Assembly (NCBI GenBank): GCA_963845565.1
Contig: CAWJSJ010000001.1
Location: forward strand, 704,001-768,000
Direction of reading: 5' to 3'
DNA length: 64,000 nucleotides
Source: an uncultured Methylomirabilota bacterium
Lineage (GTDB): Bacteria > Methylomirabilota > Methylomirabilia > Methylomirabilales > 2-02-FULL-66-22
Shown: one piece after another, positions 59,879-64,000 of the stretch
How positions within the stretch are numbered: position 1 is the stretch's first letter
How the letters are laid out: the number at the start of each line of letters is the position of its first letter
Notes under the pieces: model-generated
The model's database searches: none
What the model saw: only the letters and a program-made list of their open reading frames with translations
Told to the model about the DNA's origin: nothing
Program-made: the position numbers and the translations under genes

Positions 59879-61447
59879 ATGTGGCGCCAAGGGTTGTTGA
59901 TCACGATGATGGCGACGGCGCTCGCGTACGGCGCGCCGGCTCCGCTTCGCGCCCAGGAGCAGGTCTTCCGTATCAACAACATGGTCGAACCGGAGAGTCT
60001 CGACCCGGGTGTTGTGACCGGCGTGCCGGAACACCGCATCCTGAGCAACCTCTTCGAGGGGCTGACGACCACCGATCCCAAGGACCTGTCCCCACGGCCC
60101 GGCATGGCGGCGTCCTGGACGGTCTCCAAAGACGGCCTGGCGTACACCTTCACGCTGCGCGACGCGCTCTGGACGGACGGGAGACCGGTGACCGCCCAGG
60201 ACTTCGTCTTTGCCTGGGAGCGCGTGCTCAACCCGAAATCCGGCGCCAAGTACGCGCAGCAGTTGTTTGCCCTCAAGAACGCCGAAGAGTACAACAAGGG
60301 CCGGGTCACCGAGTTTTCGCAGGTGGGCGTGAAGGCGCCGGACCCCAGGACGCTGCAGGTGACGCTCAAGAGCCCGACCGCCTACTTCCTCGACCTCACG
60401 AGCTTCTACACCCTGTATCCGGTACCCAAGTGGGCGCTCGACGCGCACGGCAAGGACTGGGTCAAGCCCGGGAAGATCGTGAGCAACGGCCCCTTCCGCC
60501 TCTCGAGCTGGGTCCCGCAGAAGGAGCTGGTCCTGGAGAAGAATCCCCGGCATTGGGATGCCGCCTCGGTGAAGCTGCAGAAGGTCATCTTCTTGCCGAC
60601 CGATGACATCAACACCGCCTACAAGCAGTTTGTGGCCGGCGACAGCGACTGGGTGCCGACCGTCCCCCCGGCGCTGCTCGACGCGGCGAAGAGTCGACCC
60701 GAGTACTATGCATCGCCGTATCTGGGCACCTATTACTTCCGGTTCAACGTGACCAAGACGCCGACGAACGACGTCCGTGTTCGCAAGGCGTTGAGCCAGA
60801 CTGTGGACCGGGAGGCGCTCACGAAGTTCGTCACAAAGGCCGGGGAGGTGCCGCACACCGCCTTCGTTCCCGCGGGCGTGCGAGGGTACGAGGGCCCGCG
60901 CGGGCTCGGGTTCGATCCCGCCGCGGCCAAGCGGCTGCTGGCAGAGGCCGGCTATCCGAACGGCAAGGGGTTCCCGAAGGTGGAGCTGCTCTACAACACC
61001 AACGAGCTCCACCGCGTCATCACCCAGGCCATCCAGCAGATGTGGAAAGAGCACCTCGGCGTGCAGGTGGAATTGGTGAACGTGGAGTGGAAGGTCTATC
61101 TCGCCAGGCAGAGCGGCCTCGACTATCAGATCTCGCGGGCCGGCTGGATCGGGGATTACGTCGACCCGAACACCTTCCTGGAGATGTGGAAGACCGGCGG
61201 GGGCAATAACCAGACGGGATGGTCCAACAGGCGCTACGACGAACTGATCGACCAGGCAGCGAGACTGGTCAACGCCAAGGACCGGATGCGGACGCTGGCG
61301 GAGGCGGAGCGGATCCTGCTGGAGGAAATGCCGGTGCTCCCGCTCTACACGTACGTGAATAAGGGCATGTTGAGCAGGAAGGTGAGGGGGTGGCACCCGA
61401 ACATCCTGGATCAGCACCCGCTGAAACACATCAGCCTGGAGCGGTGA
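59879..61447 (+). CDS. oppA: Oligopeptide ABC substrate-binding protein
   Basis: EPESLDP, LFEGL, WTDG, SNGPF, RAGWIGDY. Confidence 0.9.
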   Translation: MWRQGLLITMMATALAYGAPAPLRAQEQVFRINNMVEPESLDPGVVTGVPEHRILSNLFEGLTTTDPKDLSPRPGMAASWTVSKDGLAYTFTLRDALWTDGRPVTAQDFVFAWERVLNPKSGAKYAQQLFALKNAEEYNKGRVTEFSQVGVKAPDPRTLQVTLKSPTAYFLDLTSFYTLYPVPKWALDAHGKDWVKPGKIVSNGPFRLSSWVPQKELVLEKNPRHWDAASVKLQKVIFLPTDDINTAYKQFVAGDSDWVPTVPPALLDAAKSRPEYYASPYLGTYYFRFNVTKTPTNDVRVRKALSQTVDREALTKFVTKAGEVPHTAFVPAGVRGYEGPRGLGFDPAAAKRLLAEAGYPNGKGFPKVELLYNTNELHRVITQAIQQMWKEHLGVQVELVNVEWKVYLARQSGLDYQISRAGWIGDYVDPNTFLEMWKTGGGNNQTGWSNRRYDELIDQAARLVNAKDRMRTLAEAERILLEEMPVLPLYTYVNKGMLSRKVRGWHPNILDQHPLKHISLER

Positions 61448-61454
61448 CCCTCCC

Positions 61455-62372
61455 GTGGTCGGTTACGTTGCGAGAAGAGTAGCGGGCTTCCTGCCGGTCC
61501 TCTTCGTGATCATCTCGCTCTCCTTCTTCATCATGCGCCTGGCCCCCGGCGGCCCCTTCGATCTCGACCGCGCCCTTCCAGACCAGGTGCGCGCCAACCT
61601 CGAGGCGCGGTACCGCCTGAATGAGCCGCTCGGGGCGCAGTACCTCCGATACGTCGCCGACGTCCTCCGCGGCGATCTCGGCCCATCGTTTCGCTACCCC
61701 GACCGAACGGTCAATGAACTGCTGGGCCTCGGCTTTCCGGTGTCGCTCCTCCTCGGAGCGTGCGCCATGATCGTGGCACTGTGCCTGGGCGGCGCGGCCG
61801 GCCTGCTGGCCGGCGCACATCGGAACGCGCCGCTGGACTATGTCGCCATGTCGTTCGCCCTGTTCGGTGTCTCGGTCCCGAATTTCGTTCTCGGACCCAT
61901 GCTCATGCTGCTCTTCGCGCTGGCCCTGGGCTGGCTTCCCGTCGCAGGGTGGGGCACCTGGCGTCACCTGATCCTTCCGGCGTTCACACTGGGAACATTC
62001 TATGCCGCCTACGTCGCGCGCCTGACGCGCGCCGGCATGCTGGAGGTGATCGGCCAGGACTTCATCCGAACCGCCCGAGCGAAAGGGCTGCACGAAAGCG
62101 CGGTCGTCCTGCGCCACGCGCTCCCCAGTGCCATCCTTCCGGTCGTGAGCTACCTCGGGCCCGCGTCCGCCGCGGTGCTCACCGGCTCGGTGGTCGTTGA
62201 AACCGTGTTCAGCATTCCCGGGGTCGGGCGCTACTTCGTGGCCAGTGCCCTGAACCGAGACTACACCATGGTGCTGGGGACGGTCATCGCGTACAGTGCC
62301 CTGCTCTTAGTCTTCAACCTCCTGGTGGACCTTCTGTACGCATTCTTGGATCCGCGGGTGCACGTTCAATGA
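61455..62372 (+). CDS. oppB: Oligopeptide ABC permease
   Basis: APGGPF, GDLGPSF, DFIRTARAKGL, ALNRDY. Confidence 0.9.
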   Translation: MVGYVARRVAGFLPVLFVIISLSFFIMRLAPGGPFDLDRALPDQVRANLEARYRLNEPLGAQYLRYVADVLRGDLGPSFRYPDRTVNELLGLGFPVSLLLGACAMIVALCLGGAAGLLAGAHRNAPLDYVAMSFALFGVSVPNFVLGPMLMLLFALALGWLPVAGWGTWRHLILPAFTLGTFYAAYVARLTRAGMLEVIGQDFIRTARAKGLHESAVVLRHALPSAILPVVSYLGPASAAVLTGSVVVETVFSIPGVGRYFVASALNRDYTMVLGTVIAYSALLLVFNLLVDLLYAFLDPRVHVQ

Positions 62373-63244
62373 GCCGCGCCTCAGGTCGAGCCACCGGCGC
62401 GTCGCCGTGGGAGGACGCACTGCGCCGGCTGCGTCGGAATCGCTTGGCGATGCTGGGGCTGGGCATCCTGCTGGGGTTCGTGGTGGCCGCCGCGCTCGCG
62501 CCCTGGATCACGTCGTACGCCTACGACAAGACCAACCTGCCGTACGGGGCGAGGCCGCCCACCCGGGCGCATCTGTTCGGCACGGATGAACTGGGACGGG
62601 ACCTGCTGACGCGGATCCTCTACGGCGCGCGGATCTCGTTCGCCGTGGGCATCCTGGCAACGACGGTCAGCCTGACCATCGGCGTCACCTATGGGGCCAT
62701 CGCCGGATTCCGAGGGGGGCGCGTGGATCACGCGATGATGCGCGTCGTGGATATCCTGTACGGGCTCCCGTTCATGTTCTTCGTGATCCTCCTGATGGTT
62801 TTCTTCGGCCGAAACATCCTCAATCTTTTCATCGCCCTGGGGGCCGTGCAGTGGTTGACGATGGCGCGCATCGTCCGGGGCCAGGTCCTGAGCCTGCGGA
62901 CTCGGGAGTTCGTCCTGGCGGCGCACGCGATCGGTGCCCCACCCGGGCGCGTGCTGGTGCGGCACCTCTTGCCGAATGCCGTCGGTCCGATCGTGGTCTA
63001 TGCGACGCTGACGGTGCCAGCGATCATGCTCGAGGAGGCGTTTCTGAGTTTTCTTGGGTTGGGCGTACAGCCGCCCATGGCCAGCTGGGGATCGCTGGCG
63101 GCGGAAGGGGCGGCCGCGATGGAGGCCTATCCGTGGTTGATCGTCTTTCCCGGGGCCGCCCTGACGCTGACCCTGTTATCGTTGAATTTTCTGGGTGACG
63201 GGCTGCGCGACGCATGCGACCCCCAACTGAGCGGACGGCACTGA
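62369..63244 (+). CDS. oppC: Oligopeptide ABC permease
   Basis: FGTDELGRD, MARIVRGQ, EAFLSFLGLG, GDGLRDA. Confidence 0.9.
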   Translation: MSRASGRATGASPWEDALRRLRRNRLAMLGLGILLGFVVAAALAPWITSYAYDKTNLPYGARPPTRAHLFGTDELGRDLLTRILYGARISFAVGILATTVSLTIGVTYGAIAGFRGGRVDHAMMRVVDILYGLPFMFFVILLMVFFGRNILNLFIALGAVQWLTMARIVRGQVLSLRTREFVLAAHAIGAPPGRVLVRHLLPNAVGPIVVYATLTVPAIMLEEAFLSFLGLGVQPPMASWGSLAAEGAAAMEAYPWLIVFPGAALTLTLLSLNFLGDGLRDACDPQLSGRH

Positions 63245-63297
63245 GGGGGGAGGCCGACAGGTCCCGGCTGGGAAACCCGAACGGCATTTTTTTCATG

Positions 63298-63326
63298 TTG
63301 AACTGTCTGTTCGGCGATGCTAGACT
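63298..63326 (+). promoter_or_regulatory. Putative internal promoter for the ABC ATPase gene
   Basis: TTGAAC, 17 nt ending TGC, TAGACT, preceded by a T-rich tract. Confidence 0.5.
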
Positions 63327-63362
63327 GCCCCCGCTTCTTGGCCGTCACAATAAGGACAAGGC

Positions 63363-64000
63363 ATGAGCCAGACCGCTGCGACCGACAACGGAATCCTGCT
63401 GGACATCCAAGAGTTGCAGACACACTTCATCACCGACGCGGGAACCGTGCGCGCCGTGGACGGGGTGAGTCTCACGGTACGCCGGGGGGAAACCCTGGGG
63501 ATTGTCGGGGAATCGGGGTGCGGGAAGAGCGTGACGGCCCTGTCCGTGCTGCGCCTGATCCCCAATCCGCCCGGTAAGGTGGTCGGAGGCCGGATCTTGT
63601 TAGACGGGCGGAACCTGTTGGAGCTGCCCGAGAACGAAATGCGGAAGGTGCGGGGCGCATCGATCTCCATGATCTTCCAGGAGCCGATGACCTCCCTGAA
63701 TCCCGTCTTCACGGTGGGCGACCAGATCGCCGAGGGGATCCGGCTGCACCAGAAGCTTTCCAAGCGCGACTCCTGGGCCAAGGCGATCGAGATGCTGCGC
63801 TTGGTCCGCATTCCCGACCCCGACCGCCGGGTGAAGGAATATCCGCATCAGATGTCGGGGGGCATGCGTCAGCGCGTGATGATCGCCATGGCGCTCTCCT
63901 GCAATCCGCACCTGCTGATCGCCGACGAGCCGACGACCGCCCTCGACGTCACCATCCAGGCGCAGATCCTGGAACTCCTGAACCAGCTGAAGGAGAAACT
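63363..64000 (+). CDS. oppD: Oligopeptide ABC ATPase (runs off window)
   Basis: [70 protein letters not shown]. Confidence 0.93.
   Translation, partial: MSQTAATDNGILLDIQELQTHFITDAGTVRAVDGVSLTVRRGETLGIVGESGCGKSVTALSVLRLIPNPPGKVVGGRILLDGRNLLELPENEMRKVRGASISMIFQEPMTSLNPVFTVGDQIAEGIRLHQKLSKRDSWAKAIEMLRLVRIPDPDRRVKEYPHQMSGGMRQRVMIAMALSCNPHLLIADEPTTALDVTIQAQILELLNQLKEK

Overview
GC-rich bacterial chromosome window, almost all on the + strand. Gene style suggests an NC10/Methylomirabilota- or Deltaproteobacteria-like organism (inference only). Left arm (1-15.3 kb): end of gltB plus gltD, an FAD oxidoreductase and an M24 peptidase, then a redox/Fe-S block (4-Cys MerR regulator, ErpA/IscA, orphan nuoB, KorAB-type 2-oxoacid oxidoreductase, glcDEF, peroxiredoxin, a MITE, frameshifted orphan nuoI, Fe/Mn SOD). 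15.4-19.7 kb: a dead RelE/Gp49-type toxin, a 57-aa Zn-ribbon protein with a structured 3' region, a DUF309 protein, a cyclase-less DUF5939-like protein and a divergent shikimate dehydrogenase. About 19.7-33.5 kb is an accessory catabolic island: GntR, HMG/CHA aldolase, Ldh_2 dehydrogenase, SDR, cupin, IolN-like hydrolase, Zn-dehydrogenase, AroQ, tungsten AOR, TRAP transporter, MoaD and an M24 protein. Its gene set fits a hypothetical oxygen-independent, non-aromatic quinate/shikimate ring-opening pathway to pyruvate + oxaloacetate; this is the main hunt finding. Right arm (33.6-64 kb) is housekeeping: aroK-aroB fusion plus a second aroB, TPR protein, efp, accBC, thiE, liv ABC transporter, tsaC, MFS, relA/spoT, rpmB, recG, rsmD, coaD, aminotransferase and two peptide ABC systems. 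Four net +1 frameshifts, one caused by a noisy tandem duplication, suggest long-read consensus errors. No rRNA, tRNA or CRISPR array was seen.
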